Both the position numbers and the translations under genes were made by a program. From Asterionella formosa (Eukaryota): a stretch of 63,194 nucleotides of DNA. The stretch spans positions 1 through 63,194 of the forward strand of contig NKIB01013171.1 in NCBI GenBank assembly GCA_002256025.1, read 5' to 3'. Below are positions 11,796-23,989 of the stretch, piece by piece. The notes below the pieces were generated by a model that ran no database searches, was not told where the DNA came from, and worked only from the letters and a program-made list of their open reading frames with translations. Positions within the stretch are counted from its first letter, which is position 1; the number at the start of each line of letters is the position of its first letter.

Positions 11796-13958
11796 TAAGA
11801 AGCAAAATAAATAGGTTTTGGAACGAGTTTATTGCGTGCCACACACTCGTTTCCATTTGCAGAACCAACTTTTTTCTTCCCTCCACTCATGACCCTACAA
11901 AACCAGTGCAAACAAATCGGTGCATGCTTTTACTGACCGGTAGTCTAACTTCATGTCATCAAATGGTAAAAATTGAAGATTACTATACCCATTCCTCGAT
12001 AATCATTGACATGTGTGAAATGGCAGGTAGGAGTACCAGGTACTCGGAACTCAGGAAGGTCCAGTAGCTCATGTTTTATGTGCACCTTTTCAGTTGCAGT
12101 TCACTCTCAATGATTTTTCCCATGTCTGCCAGATAAAATAGGCTAGCTTTTGATTAAAAATATTCCTCAAGTAATTTAGTAAAACAGTACTCTTTTTGAC
12201 TGATGATGATATGCAGAATGAAACTCTTAACACCACTCGGATTTGCTGCATGATCAACTGGTTTAGCAAACTTTCTTCTTGCTTTGGAATACAAATAGAA
12301 ATCATTCTAAATCAGAAATTGCTGACAATGATTAGAAATTGCTGACTAGAAATGGAATTTGCTGCTGGCAATGACTAGAACTTGCAGGTGAATGATGCCA
12401 GTTCAAAAGAGTAAACGTGAAAATATGCAGTTTTCGCAATTTCGCGTCAACAGCAACCTGTGAGCTGTAATAAGTATTTAACAACTACACAATGCAACAA
12501 TACACGTGTGAAAGCTAAAACTTGTTTTCTTGTTTCTTCGAGTTTTTTGATGAGGCTTGTCAATAAAACCCTACAGTAATTTTTAAGACTATTTCATAGT
12601 AATCATCGGTCATAATCATAATTGAGTTAACAGCCCTTAAAATCAATTATAACGACAAAGCTAACGATTTTCAAACAACCATGGCGGTAACTTTTAAGAC
12701 CACCACAACAGATTCAAAAACAACCTTTAAAGCCAACGGACCTGTCTATTTGGATTCATTGGAGACTATGTACATCTGTTACAGTAAATGGGTGTTTTTA
12801 TAGACAATAATAGGGACAGTATATTGGGACCAGAATTTACTAGCTTTGTGGTGTATTTTTCATGTATCATGGTGTGACAGTATGTCATGTTTGCTAGTAA
12901 AGCTGCATTGAAGCAAGCTACAAGAAAGGAGTAGAGTAATACTAACAATGTATTTCTTGTTTTATCGTAGAAGTGATTATCATTATGCCTTGGCTGTGTT
13001 GGTTCTGGGAAGAACAGTGAGATCTTCCAATACCATACTAGCACTTCTTGTTGTTGTTTGTTGTGAAAGCATTCTTGTTCTTGCTTTCGTAGATTTCATT
13101 GCCGCTTTGGCACTCATTATTCCTTGTGTTGGTTCTTGGCAGGGAGATCTTCTAGTATAGTTGGCACTTCGGTGCTTTTGTGCTTGTTGCTTATTGTGGG
13201 CGCTTGTTGTAACTTGTTTGCTTACTGAAAACAGTCCTCTTGTTCTTGATTTTGTAGATGTCATTTCATAGCAGCATGTGATGCTTTGGTGGGTGTCATT
13301 TCCATTGTGGCACTTGTTGGTGTTTGGATGAAGTGGGTGCCAAGGTGCTTGTATCAACCTGTTGATTGTCATTTTCACTAGCTGCATTCAAATATAGACA
13401 ACTCTTCGATTTATTTCTGTGAAATGGTAGCACACATGGATGACGTTCTCAGCGTACTTCGAGGTCAGCAGCACATATGTTATTATTGCTCTTTTGCTTC
13501 TGGCCACCCCTCTATTGCAACAGACATTGCCATTTTCTTTTTTTGGTTATTTGCCTCGTTTTGACGTTTCCGCATTAAAAGCGAAATAATTAGCATAATA
13601 CCTATGTCACTTACACGTTGTGATCCTAGCGAGAGTTGAAGACGCTTTCTATTTAGCATTTGGAGTGCCTGTCCTGCGTCAAAATAGCAACTTGCTGGTT
13701 ACAGTACATGCTACAATCATTCTTGACTTGACTACCGTTTACATAAGTACTGTTCCGGTGCTGTGCGTATATGAATGAGGAAATGTTCGCCACGTGGAGT
13801 ATGATTTCATGAACTGACGATGATGAACAATCATGCATCGTCCTTTCATATCCTCCATGATACCAGTACCGGGTATCCTGCTGTCGATGTTGTTTCTGAT
13901 CGATCTTGCTTCTTTGTCCTTACAAAGCTTGTAAATCCCACATTTAAGCATTATCACT

Positions 13959-14916
13959 ATGTTCCAGCATTTTTTTTTGTTATTTTGTGCCGCTTCCCTA
14001 CTCGGTAAAGCAACAGCATTTTCGCCACATTCAGCGTCGCCTCGATTTGCCACGACGGGTCGTCGCATGTCAGATCCTTGGGAAGGCGAAGTTGTCCCTA
14101 AAGGTAAAATTAACGGTTGTACGCTGACGTTGGTAGATGATTCTTTGACAGATTGGATCATCACGATTGACGGTGTTCAAGCTGACCTTGGCAAATTCAG
14201 TGAAGCCATTTACAAGAAATTGCTTACTGATGCGAAGAAGAACCAATTTCAAGGTTTCCGAGCCGGTACAGTCCCTCCTCATCTTCTTCCCACCTATAAA
14301 GCTTATACCATGGATGAGTGTGCTCGCGAGTCGACTTTAGAGGCAATGCAGCAGAATAATATTCGGCCGTTTGACAATGCTAGGGACGATTTTGTGAGTA
14401 TTGCTCGTGAAATGTTTGGTTGGTTATGGAGAAGCATCCAGACAAATATAAAATGGCTAAATTCCTCGGCACGCTTGTTTTCTTGACTCTCTATCGAAGT
14501 TGAAAATCTGACGCATCGAACTCTGTATCGACTAACCTAGTTTGCTTATTCTTGAATTGAAATTTCAGGAGTTTTCTGATTTCTCGATTCCTCCACCAGT
14601 AGTTAAGAAAGGAAAGGGCAAGAAAAAGGGAAAGGTTGAAGGTGAGGAAGTAGAGGAATCTGAACCAGAATGGCGATATTTTGCGACAATGAAAGAAGCA
14701 CTAGATGCTGGATGGATGGTAAGTCCCCTTGCTCTTCTAGGACATGAAAAAACTTCATCCCGCTCACTCTGTTTTTGGGGTTCTCTGTGATTGGTTGTGG
14801 TTCCTTTGTTACAGCCTGGGCAGAGTTTTTCTTTCCGAGCCTCGGACGTCAAGGGCCAGAAATTGGTTGACAAGGACGTTTCTGGGGCGAAACCAGTTTC
14901 TAGTCTCCCATACTAA
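13959..14916 (+). CDS. Plastid-targeted trigger-factor-like protein, ribosome-binding N-domain only; about 228 aa, 3 exons
   Basis: Signal peptide plus ATA-F plastid motif; GFRAGTVP matches the trigger factor GFRxGxxP signature; exons 13959-14393, 14569-14718 and 14815-14916 join in frame and end in TAA. Confidence 0.75.
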
Positions 14917-16284
14917 TGTCTTTTTAATGCCAGGTTCTTCTTTGGGTATTCACTTCAACTTTGACACTTCTCTTTTCATATGTTTAGACGTGTAAATATC
15001 CAATCATGACCGTCGGCACTTCTATTCTTCCTCATGTTTATTTCATTTATCGAGACTATCCCAAAATTCTATATTTCATGGCACGATCTATTTGTCCTAG
15101 TAACTATTTGTCTCCCGAACGCACGCCGGCAACATGCAGGCAGCACGACTGTAATACTTACAGGCATTGCTTGCGCTTCTCAGGCTTTTCTATCCTCCTC
15201 ATCAGCCATGTCTTGCTTGGCTGACACAGCAACCGTACTCTTACGTATATAAATGTAGGGGGATGCTTACCAACTGCTGCTACCAGGTACATGGTACGGT
15301 AGTCGACTACCTGTAGGCAACAATGGAGATTTGCCAGTCATGGATCCAACAAAATCAAGGCTGTACGATGTCAGGCAGACTGACAGTCAGGTACAATACC
15401 CAGGAGTGTCATGGGCGATATGATGGATTCTATGCATGTCCAGTCACACTGTAAAACAAATTCAGAGGAACCTTCTCCATTAAATCCCGGGTAATCGCCA
15501 TGATGACTTATTCCTTTTATATATGCATCCATCTATGAGTATATCATTTCCTTAACGGGAATCAGATCTCGACAAACCTGGTTCAAACCAAACAATCACA
15601 GATCGCACAGTTCTACTTATGATATAGTATATATTTTTTGGGGGACAGCCAAGACTAAGAATATTAGAGCACCAGCATCGGCACCCTTGTCCTCCTATGC
15701 ATATGGACGTTGTCACTAGGAGTTGACAAACTCTTTTCATTTTACTGTAGCAATAATTCGCTGCAGGATTCTATGTTCGGCATGGGTAGTATAATAAAAC
15801 ATAATGGTTTATATGTGGTATCTTGATTTCAATCATACAAACTCCCTATTTAGATTTATCGGGTTGCAATCATACAAATGCAGTAATTTATACGGTGCAA
15901 ATCGGTCTTTGCGCTAACATACATTTTAGGAGTGGTATACCGGTATATACACAGATATAACAGTGCTACCAGTGTTTCCGTTTTTCCCATCACGGTCGTG
16001 ACAATAACTGCCAATTGTGTGGTGTGTGTTCTGCAGAAGTCTCCCATCGTGTGTTGCATTGGTTTGTTTCATCTGTTACATCCTTTGATCCATCGGCAGC
16101 GACAATTGTAAATAGCACTTCACCTCGCTGTGTTCGCATCGTTGTGATCGAGTTTTGTGGTAACGACCAGAAGTCACCACGGACTCCTGCCTAGACGATA
16201 CACGTAGAAGCAACGGATGAGTATCGTCGACACCTGAATCGCCACCGGTATTCTAGTAGGTTTCTGAACAGCCGCGATTGAGAG

Positions 16285-19266
16285 ATGCCTTCTCCGGCGA
16301 GAGATTCATATCAACAACCGCATTGGGCTTGTGATTGGTGTGGCCTACAAGGCTTCCGCTCATTTGATGCCGCTAAACACCACGAGGCCGAATGCTCGAC
16401 TTCCGGCAGACGACAACGACACCAATCCTCTCCGGAATATACATCCGTCGAACGGAGAACGGAAATGCAAGAAGCAGCACCAAAACAACGAATTATTACC
16501 TTGCTGGGGCCGACCGAAGAAGGACATCAATTGGACGCTACTGATGCGCTGGCTTGTCGGAATCTGGAAATATTTGAAACTGCACCACTAGAAGCACACG
16601 GGATCAGCGCGGGACACGTTGGCTTGCGATGCCTTAACTGTGCGGTGAACTCTGGTGATGGAGGCATGGACACGGCATCGTACCCATCGTGCATTGATTC
16701 TATGGCATCTAGCGTGCGCATGATGACGGATTGGCACATTGCTGCTTGCCAATATGCACCTAGTCACGTTGGAAATATGGCTCGAGCAGCTGCGCTGAAA
16801 CGACGAGCTGAACTGGAGGATCGTAGGCGTCCATCACAAGAAGACGAACGGAGTTTGAGGGCACTGCATGACCATTGCCACATGTTTTGTCGAAACGTTG
16901 GAATTGGAGAGAAATACCCCATCAGGACTGGTCTTATCTTTGTGGATGAAAACGCGCGACCACATGATAGTGCGGCGCAGAGAGCATCAGAGCTATCAGA
17001 CTCAGCAGATCGACAATCATTCGACCAACATGCTGGTCGTCATTACCCCCCTTCGAGAACACCGATGATTGCCCCATTCCCAAATGAAACAGTTACTGCT
17101 ACACCACTTGTGCGGCGATCGAAGTCAGGAGCTGCTCCGGATGAGCAGACATACTTCAATGAACTTGAAAGTAGTGGGCCATATTCAGCCTTTCGACCTC
17201 AGTATGCTCCAATGGGACCACGGGGGATGTATAGCGGTCAACGTGATCTACGATCACCGGCTCCGCCAAGGCACGATCGTCCAGATTCCGCAATACAGCC
17301 TACGCCCCAATCGGCCGTTAGTCACCAAACTATTCAATCTCATGGAGAATCTCCGTTTGCTCACCCGTCCTACGACGTATCAGCTGGATTTCCCTATTGG
17401 CAGGATGCAAATGGAGCTTGGAATTGCAAGTATTGCTCCAATTTTCCAATACACTACCGAGAGCATGGATATTTGTGGCATCCAGCTGGAAATGCGCCTC
17501 CGCCAACGCACTATATTGATCAGCATTTGAGCTTGTGTCGAGGTTACCAGATGCCGCCACCTCCATACTATCAAGGACATTCACATCTGCACTACGGGGG
17601 TTATCCGCCACCTGTACCACATGCATATGTTACGCAGTACCCTCCACTGCCACCAGGTGCTTCTACCTGGGCAGCTGGTGGATTGGGAGACATGCCTCCT
17701 CCTCATCCATATATATCCTCGCACGATGAGCATCCGTTTCGCTATCCACGTCCCGCTTCTCCTGCTAGCGTTCCCGTCAACCCACGAATGAAGATTGACT
17801 CCGGTAGTATACTTTCTACTGACAAGGCGACAACTGGAAATACCACATTGCAGCCTCATAGAGCATCCAAAAACTCGTCTGCATCGTTGAATCCTCCAGA
17901 GATCAATGATGCTGCGATCAGTCAGGCTATTTCATTGTTGGCAACTACATATGCTAATCGTACCTACAAGCAAGGACTTGCCGACGGTAGTGACGAATTG
18001 GTATTAGGAGAAGATAAGCTCTTGCTGACGGAGTACTTTTATCACCTCATGACGCAGCTTCGAGTCTGTCGCTTCTCGGAAGCTGATCGAAAGACACGAG
18101 GAGGGAAGCGAGAAAATATTTCTATCGGCTATGGTGGATTGCAGTGTATCCATTGCGCTGATGCCTCAAACTCACGTAAGTTCTTTTGGAGCAACGTCGA
18201 TCGGCTTGCCAATTCCTTTGCAGAGATCCCTGGACATGTTTTGAAGTGTCGCAGGTGCCCGATCGATATCAAGAATGCTTTGCATGAATTGAAGCGAGTG
18301 CATCCAGAGCAAATGGCAAGGCTACCTCGCGGTTCGCAAAAAGTCTTTTTCAGGCGCATGTGGAGACGTTTACATGATGAAGATCCTGAAGGGGCGCAAG
18401 GGCCGGGACTTACAAAGGGACAGCAGGATGATATGAGAGATGCTGAACCAAAGGATGAGCTTACGCTTCAGACTGAGCAGGATGAACCCCCAGCTGACTC
18501 ACCCGGAACTGTTGCAAGTGAAGATTCCCTTATTATAGCCGATCGTGCGACCGACGAATGTGCCAAAGCACTTGCTGAGTCTTTGGCGCACCCACCTTCT
18601 CCAAACTCCCGTATCCTTTTAGCGATTGTAGAAGATACTGAGTGGCTCTCTGATATGGATTGTTTCATTCGACGGAACCTGGAGGTATTTTGTGCTACGG
18701 AGGATGATATTGAAATCGCTTCCTTGGACCGGAAATATCCAGTTTCTCCTGGCCAAGTCGGCATTCGATGCGTGCACTGTGCACGCGCCAAGGAAGTGGC
18801 TAATGGGAATGCAGTTTCGTATCCATACTCGATTAGTGGGATTTACGAGTCGGTCCGCGAATTTCAACGTCTGCATATGGAATCATGTCCCAATTTGCCA
18901 AGTTCTGCCAAAAGTAAACTTGCTGGATTCAAGGGATCGTCATCGCTCAGTTCGGTCCTTCGTAAGTACTATGTCCTGGCAGCCAAGGCTTTGGGCATGA
19001 CTGACACTGCAGAAGGCATCCGTTCGGGAGGTGAATCTGTTCCACTTGGTAACAGCGTAGCATTTGTTTTTAATGACAACACTGCTTCATCGGAAAAGAT
19101 GGGTGATTCGCCAGATGATTCATCCTTGTTGAATAGTACAGGAACGCCCTTGGAGACTCGCAAACGGAAGTTGCAAGATGGCGAGCCTGGGTCGGGCTCA
19201 CCAAAGAAGCAAGATTTGGAGACTAAAGAATCGGACGAAGAGCAAATTCAATTTTCGGAAGTGTAG
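16285..19266 (+). CDS. 993-aa diatom-type protein with repeated G(Q/H)VG(I/L)RCxxC...HxxxC putative Zn-binding domains
   Basis: Long intact ORF; N-terminal CxxC...HExxC motif; three related domains (GHVGLRCLNC, GYGGLQCIHC, GQVGIRCVHC) separated by Pro/Ser-rich linkers; basic RKRK near the C-terminus. Confidence 0.8.
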   Translation: MPSPARDSYQQPHWACDWCGLQGFRSFDAAKHHEAECSTSGRRQRHQSSPEYTSVERRTEMQEAAPKQRIITLLGPTEEGHQLDATDALACRNLEIFETAPLEAHGISAGHVGLRCLNCAVNSGDGGMDTASYPSCIDSMASSVRMMTDWHIAACQYAPSHVGNMARAAALKRRAELEDRRRPSQEDERSLRALHDHCHMFCRNVGIGEKYPIRTGLIFVDENARPHDSAAQRASELSDSADRQSFDQHAGRHYPPSRTPMIAPFPNETVTATPLVRRSKSGAAPDEQTYFNELESSGPYSAFRPQYAPMGPRGMYSGQRDLRSPAPPRHDRPDSAIQPTPQSAVSHQTIQSHGESPFAHPSYDVSAGFPYWQDANGAWNCKYCSNFPIHYREHGYLWHPAGNAPPPTHYIDQHLSLCRGYQMPPPPYYQGHSHLHYGGYPPPVPHAYVTQYPPLPPGASTWAAGGLGDMPPPHPYISSHDEHPFRYPRPASPASVPVNPRMKIDSGSILSTDKATTGNTTLQPHRASKNSSASLNPPEINDAAISQAISLLATTYANRTYKQGLADGSDELVLGEDKLLLTEYFYHLMTQLRVCRFSEADRKTRGGKRENISIGYGGLQCIHCADASNSRKFFWSNVDRLANSFAEIPGHVLKCRRCPIDIKNALHELKRVHPEQMARLPRGSQKVFFRRMWRRLHDEDPEGAQGPGLTKGQQDDMRDAEPKDELTLQTEQDEPPADSPGTVASEDSLIIADRATDECAKALAESLAHPPSPNSRILLAIVEDTEWLSDMDCFIRRNLEVFCATEDDIEIASLDRKYPVSPGQVGIRCVHCARAKEVANGNAVSYPYSISGIYESVREFQRLHMESCPNLPSSAKSKLAGFKGSSSLSSVLRKYYVLAAKALGMTDTAEGIRSGGESVPLGNSVAFVFNDNTASSEKMGDSPDDSSLLNSTGTPLETRKRKLQDGEPGSGSPKKQDLETKESDEEQIQFSEV

Positions 19267-19559
19267 GGTCATTAATTGGCAAATCGGAGCCTTGTCGCTA
19301 CATTTTTGTGGGACTTTTGTGGGGAAACGTTTAACGAACGAAATATGTCTTTTGAGGTCTCGTTGACACTGTTTAGGACTCAAAAACGAGTCCGATATCA
19401 AAGCTACACAGTCTTGGTAGTTTCTGGTTATTCATCTCAGGACGCCAAATGACGATTCAAAGATATTCATAATGTTATCATATTCATAGACTAACAGTGA
19501 AATAAATTCTTCAATTCAATTCCCTTGACCTCATTCTGCTTTTCCAACAATGATCGAAC

Positions 19560-21484
19560 TCAATTGCCAAGCAGCTCATTTGTACGACAGATTATGCCAT
19601 TTTTCTTTATGAGGGTCGGCTTAATCAAAAAAGCGTTTCTTATTTAAATACACTGTTTCTAGAATAGATTATTCATAAATATATAATATATAAATGGCAT
19701 GCATCATTATTCATTTATCATCCATTGAATGATAGTATGTATGATGTCGATCTTGTTAATGCTGCCGTCATACTATCAGTGCATGACGGTGATTAATGAT
19801 GGTCAATGAAGATGTGAAACATGACTGTGATCGTCATGTCAAAATTTTCTTAACACATTTCAACAGGTTTGATACTGCATTACATGGCGAAAATCATTGC
19901 ACCTCGATAAAATGTTACAACTTTATGTCCCTACTGAATTTGCCTGAGGTTCTTTCTCAGTTTGGTTTATTACGAAATCTCTGGGAGGGAGGTGGACAAC
20001 AAGGTGAAAGAATTCGGAGTTTAGTGAAGCCTACATGGATTAGATATAAAGGAAAGCACTGGCAAAAAGCATGATGGATCGATTGTTTCAACATATGTCC
20101 ATCCAAAGGATAACGAAAACAAATCATGAGCAAAATTGTGAAGAGGAATACATCGAACATAATATAAATCCAGAGGATGACAATGATTTGAATAAAAAAC
20201 CAAATCTTGCAATAATGGTAATTACCTGCATTAGCGAAAAGAAGCCAGCTTGAGGAGATCAGACTTTGCATGGTACTAGAATGCCATTGTCACCGGTTAG
20301 GTTACAAACTGGAGAATTTGTCAGTGTGGTCCAAAAGCAAAAAGCTATTTTAAGGATTATAACAGAAATAATACCTGTTGGACATGAGGATCATCACGGT
20401 GGCATCATGAATACTACTATCAGCAAATAATTCCACTGGACATTGTCAAATGAGTTATGTGACCTTCCCGCAAACACTGAATTTGCTACTATGCTTTGTA
20501 TAATACTACCAAAACTGAACATAAATGATATCGCAACTCCAACGACTATTAATGAACAAGAAGGAGTTTACACCATGATTTTTTCAGAATGGAATGTATT
20601 GGAAAACCAAGATAATAACAAGTGGATATTATCCCTTCCAAAAACCTTGGTGGAAGAAATCTCATAATAGCTATATCGCACATAATATACTAATTATCTA
20701 AATAAATTATTAAGTACATTTTATACTACGCTATTATTAAAGAATTCGAAATTGTGGAGGTTATGAAGTCGCACTTGGCCCCACAGAGGGTCTTAGACCT
20801 GCTTTTTGTCTGCCACCCACACACCCCAGAACCTTAGGGACTTTATGAACAAAGCAGGTGGAGAATGCGGGAATCGAACCCGCCATCTCAGAAGGCGAGC
20901 TAATCAACTAAGTTATTCCCCTTCCAATTTACTTAATAAATATATTAGCAAACCCACAAAATGACAATTTGGATCCAAATTGGTAGAAACGTTTCAAACT
21001 GTAACCCTGCTAATGTAAATGATGATACCAATTTGGAAACCCGTTTGGTAGTAAAATGAAATTAAAACTAATTTGGATCTAAATTAATATTTCTGTTAAG
21101 ACTAAATAAATATCTAAATTAAGGTTAATATTATCCATAGCTATCTCACTAGTTTTTGCAAACTTGGTATCAAAAACTATTTGGCAAAAATCCCAATTTG
21201 GATTTGGACATTGAGAAAAAAGAAAATACTCAAAACCCAATTTGGAGTCCATATTGGGTACTAAATTGCTCCAAATTCTTTAGTACTTTTCGGCTCATGT
21301 AGCAATTGCTACCAATTGGGGAACATTTGCCTTGATTTGGTGCCATATTGGGGTCAGAAGTTCCGCAGTCAGCCAAGGATACAAGCTGCTGGTAGGTCAA
21401 GTTCTATTGCGTATCCCCAATTCAGCCTTCCAAATTGGGTACCAGTAAAAAGCTGCAATGACCCATTGAGATTTTTTTGTACTG
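19560..21484 (+). mobile_element. Decayed CACTA/EnSpm(Plavaka)-like DNA transposon, 3' part
   Basis: Frameshifted peptide YNFMSLLNLPEVLSQFGLLRNLWEGGGQQGE resembles the CMC/Plavaka transposase FGPLxxxW motif; subterminal CCAA(A/T)TTGG repeats at 20960-21440; TTTTTTTGTACTG end at 21472-21484 (reverse complement CAGTACAAAAAAA, CACTA-like). Left boundary approximate. Confidence 0.55.
20859..20921 (-). pseudogene. tRNA-Ala-derived element (anticodon arm collapsed); pseudogene or SINE head
   Basis: Minus strand GGGGAAT...GCGGGTTCGATTCCCGC-ATTCTCCA: full 7-bp acceptor stem with G3:U70, perfect 5-bp T stem and B-box, but only 63 nt with degenerate D and anticodon arms. Confidence 0.75.
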
Positions 21485-22690
21485 CTTTGACCCATTGAAC
21501 ACAGAAAACTTTGTTTTGCTAAAAAAAGCATAAGTAAATGTAAATTCTGAGAGTTCTGGCTCCTTCCTGAGCATATAAGCTAGTCAGCTATGTAATTAGT
21601 TTGAGATTTGGAGCAAGTTGTTCATCTTGATAGATTCCCTAAAAATGGTTGATTGACCAAAGAACTGTGAAGAACATGGATGAGGGTAAGCTTAGAAGTC
21701 TCTGCATCATATGACATATGATGATCAATATAACATTTTCGATTTTGATTTGAGCATTAACCTCATTTGCAACAATTAATATCTTGTCTTGGTATTGACT
21801 TCTAAGGAGACAGCAAATTATTTAGGCGCGCAGCATCATCATGCATATGCGTCTTGTATGATAATCTGTAAACCAGGTAGGGAGTACATGCCAGGTTTTC
21901 ACGAGGTGTTTAATAACATGCATGACAAGTGCTTTAACACATGGCCATCCATCCTCGAAAATGTTTATAAATTTACATACATTTATGTAGAAAAAAGGTA
22001 TATACTGCTGTGATCCATTGAAACCATTTTTTAGCTGTTTTATAATCATTGTATCTTCTGGTGATGAAGTCATTCAATGAGAATTTTAACACAACAGCTT
22101 GATTGATCAATGCTGCTCTGACACTGCTTGCTTATTGAACAAATGGGTCTGCAATTTTGTAGAATATACCTTTATTGAGAAGAGTCAAACAAAACCCCTA
22201 ACTCAATGGGTCATGGCATTTTTACTGGTACTGGTATTTTGGCTAAAGGAGCTACTATTATGTGCAGAGGGAGTACCTGGGACCAGGCACTGCTGGTATA
22301 CTGATATCTATTATGTTGGTAGCAAAATTTGTATGCTGGACTGGCTTGTGTTGAAATTGCGTCCCGAAGCCTTTTGTTGCTTTCTTGTACATCAGGGACC
22401 AAATTTGCTGTAGATATGAACAACAATGTGACAGAGATCGACTGTAATCGTTCCTAAAAGATTTGACAGATGTATGGGTTTTACTGGTGGTACAGATTTT
22501 TGTTTTCGAATTCTGATCTTGGTACATGGCTACCGTCATTCTTTTTGATTCATTTGATTCAATGTGTACGTATGTATTCGGGGGTAATTTCATACCTTGA
22601 AGTTTCCCAAAATAATTTCTCGAACAGCTTGCCATACCGGTATTCAGGGACTTCTGTTGCTTTCACGATTCTTGAACATTGCGTTTGGAA

Positions 22691-23989
22691 ATGAGCTTGA
22701 AAGAAGATTATTTTGAGAGTCTCTTGGCGAAAGCTCCGCTTGAAGTTGTTGCTGAATTTCTAACACTCAACGAAGTACTTTGTGCCCGTTTGGTCTCTAC
22801 GCGCTTTGTCGAAGCAATTTGCAACCTTTCTTCTGCTAGATGTGCTCAACATTTACATGAAAGACTCGTTTCGCAGTCACCGACAGTACATTTGGTCTCA
22901 CACGCCTGCTGGAATCAAACATTAGATTTGGAAGGCATGGAAGCATTTATGCAGCGACCCGACGGTGGATCACTCGAGTGTATGCTACGATGCTTTCGAG
23001 TTTTCAAGTGTCTACCTATGGAGGCAGGAATCGCCTTTTGTGGGAAATATGGGCGGCATTGTGTGCCGATGCAGTGGAATATTGAGTCGAAAAGAGTGGA
23101 AGCGATTATTTATGCATCATGTCGGCGACAGGCATGTCCGACATGCCGGTTAAAAATCGACATGGATGCACGAGAACGACCACCATGTGAAATTTATAAA
23201 GATTATGATATATGGATTCCAGATCAATCAAAGCGATGTGATGGTAGAAGACGGGTGGACTTATCCAAGTTTTATCCAAAATGTATACCGAACCTCCCAC
23301 GTGACCTTTTGTGTCCGCATTGCTCCGATTCAGAAAAACGAACGCTCGTGCTTTCGATTATATCGTACAAATCTTCCACTCCTCCACCTCATGCATCTGG
23401 AAAACCATTGACATACACTCCTTTCAACGACAATGACTACAGCGAACCCGAAGTCTATGATGGGTTGCAGGAGGACTCTGGAGAAGAGAATGTGGGCCAG
23501 TCGCTGGAGGACGCATTGACGGTTAGGAAGCACCCACGAGAAGAAAACCAGGTGGAAGATACATTTGCATATCCTTTAATCTTCAATGAAATCGCTTCTC
23601 CCAAAGCATACCAAGCTATTGAAGAATCTGATCGAGCCAAATATGCCATTTCCATTCACTGCGTAAGCTGTGAAAAGTTTGGAATGCTGGCACCGGCCAA
23701 CCCTTGCTCGCATGAGCACTTTCGCTGCCGAATGCGGGCAAAGGAAATCTTATTTGGAGGACAAAATGTGCTCGTTGGATCTATGATGGTTCGAAACAAG
23801 TGTCACAATACCATGTGCAATCGCTCCACCAGATGTATGTCTGACTGTCAGAAATTTCGTCATGGACTGTATGCGGATCCTGATACAAAGCTTCCCTTCA
23901 AATGCTGGTGTCCACACTGTCATCCTGCAGGGAACGGAAGATACTGTGATGGTTGTGCTTGGTTGACATCTGTTTGTCACCATTCATGA
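22691..23989 (+). CDS. F-box protein with Cys/His-rich C-terminal region, 432 aa
   Basis: N-terminal LLAKAPLEVVAEFLTLNEVLCARLVSTRF fits the F-box pattern; many CxxC pairs downstream; single exon from ATG 22691. Confidence 0.65.
   Translation: MSLKEDYFESLLAKAPLEVVAEFLTLNEVLCARLVSTRFVEAICNLSSARCAQHLHERLVSQSPTVHLVSHACWNQTLDLEGMEAFMQRPDGGSLECMLRCFRVFKCLPMEAGIAFCGKYGRHCVPMQWNIESKRVEAIIYASCRRQACPTCRLKIDMDARERPPCEIYKDYDIWIPDQSKRCDGRRRVDLSKFYPKCIPNLPRDLLCPHCSDSEKRTLVLSIISYKSSTPPPHASGKPLTYTPFNDNDYSEPEVYDGLQEDSGEENVGQSLEDALTVRKHPREENQVEDTFAYPLIFNEIASPKAYQAIEESDRAKYAISIHCVSCEKFGMLAPANPCSHEHFRCRMRAKEILFGGQNVLVGSMMVRNKCHNTMCNRSTRCMSDCQKFRHGLYADPDTKLPFKCWCPHCHPAGNGRYCDGCAWLTSVCHHS

Noticed and set aside
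12766..13500. Thr/Lys-rich minus-strand ORFs
   Set aside because: Low-complexity TTG-rich sequence, no motif or splice support.
20859..20921. Functional tRNA or tmRNA
   Set aside because: No usable anticodon loop and only 63 nt; no tag reading frame or pseudoknot region as in tmRNA.
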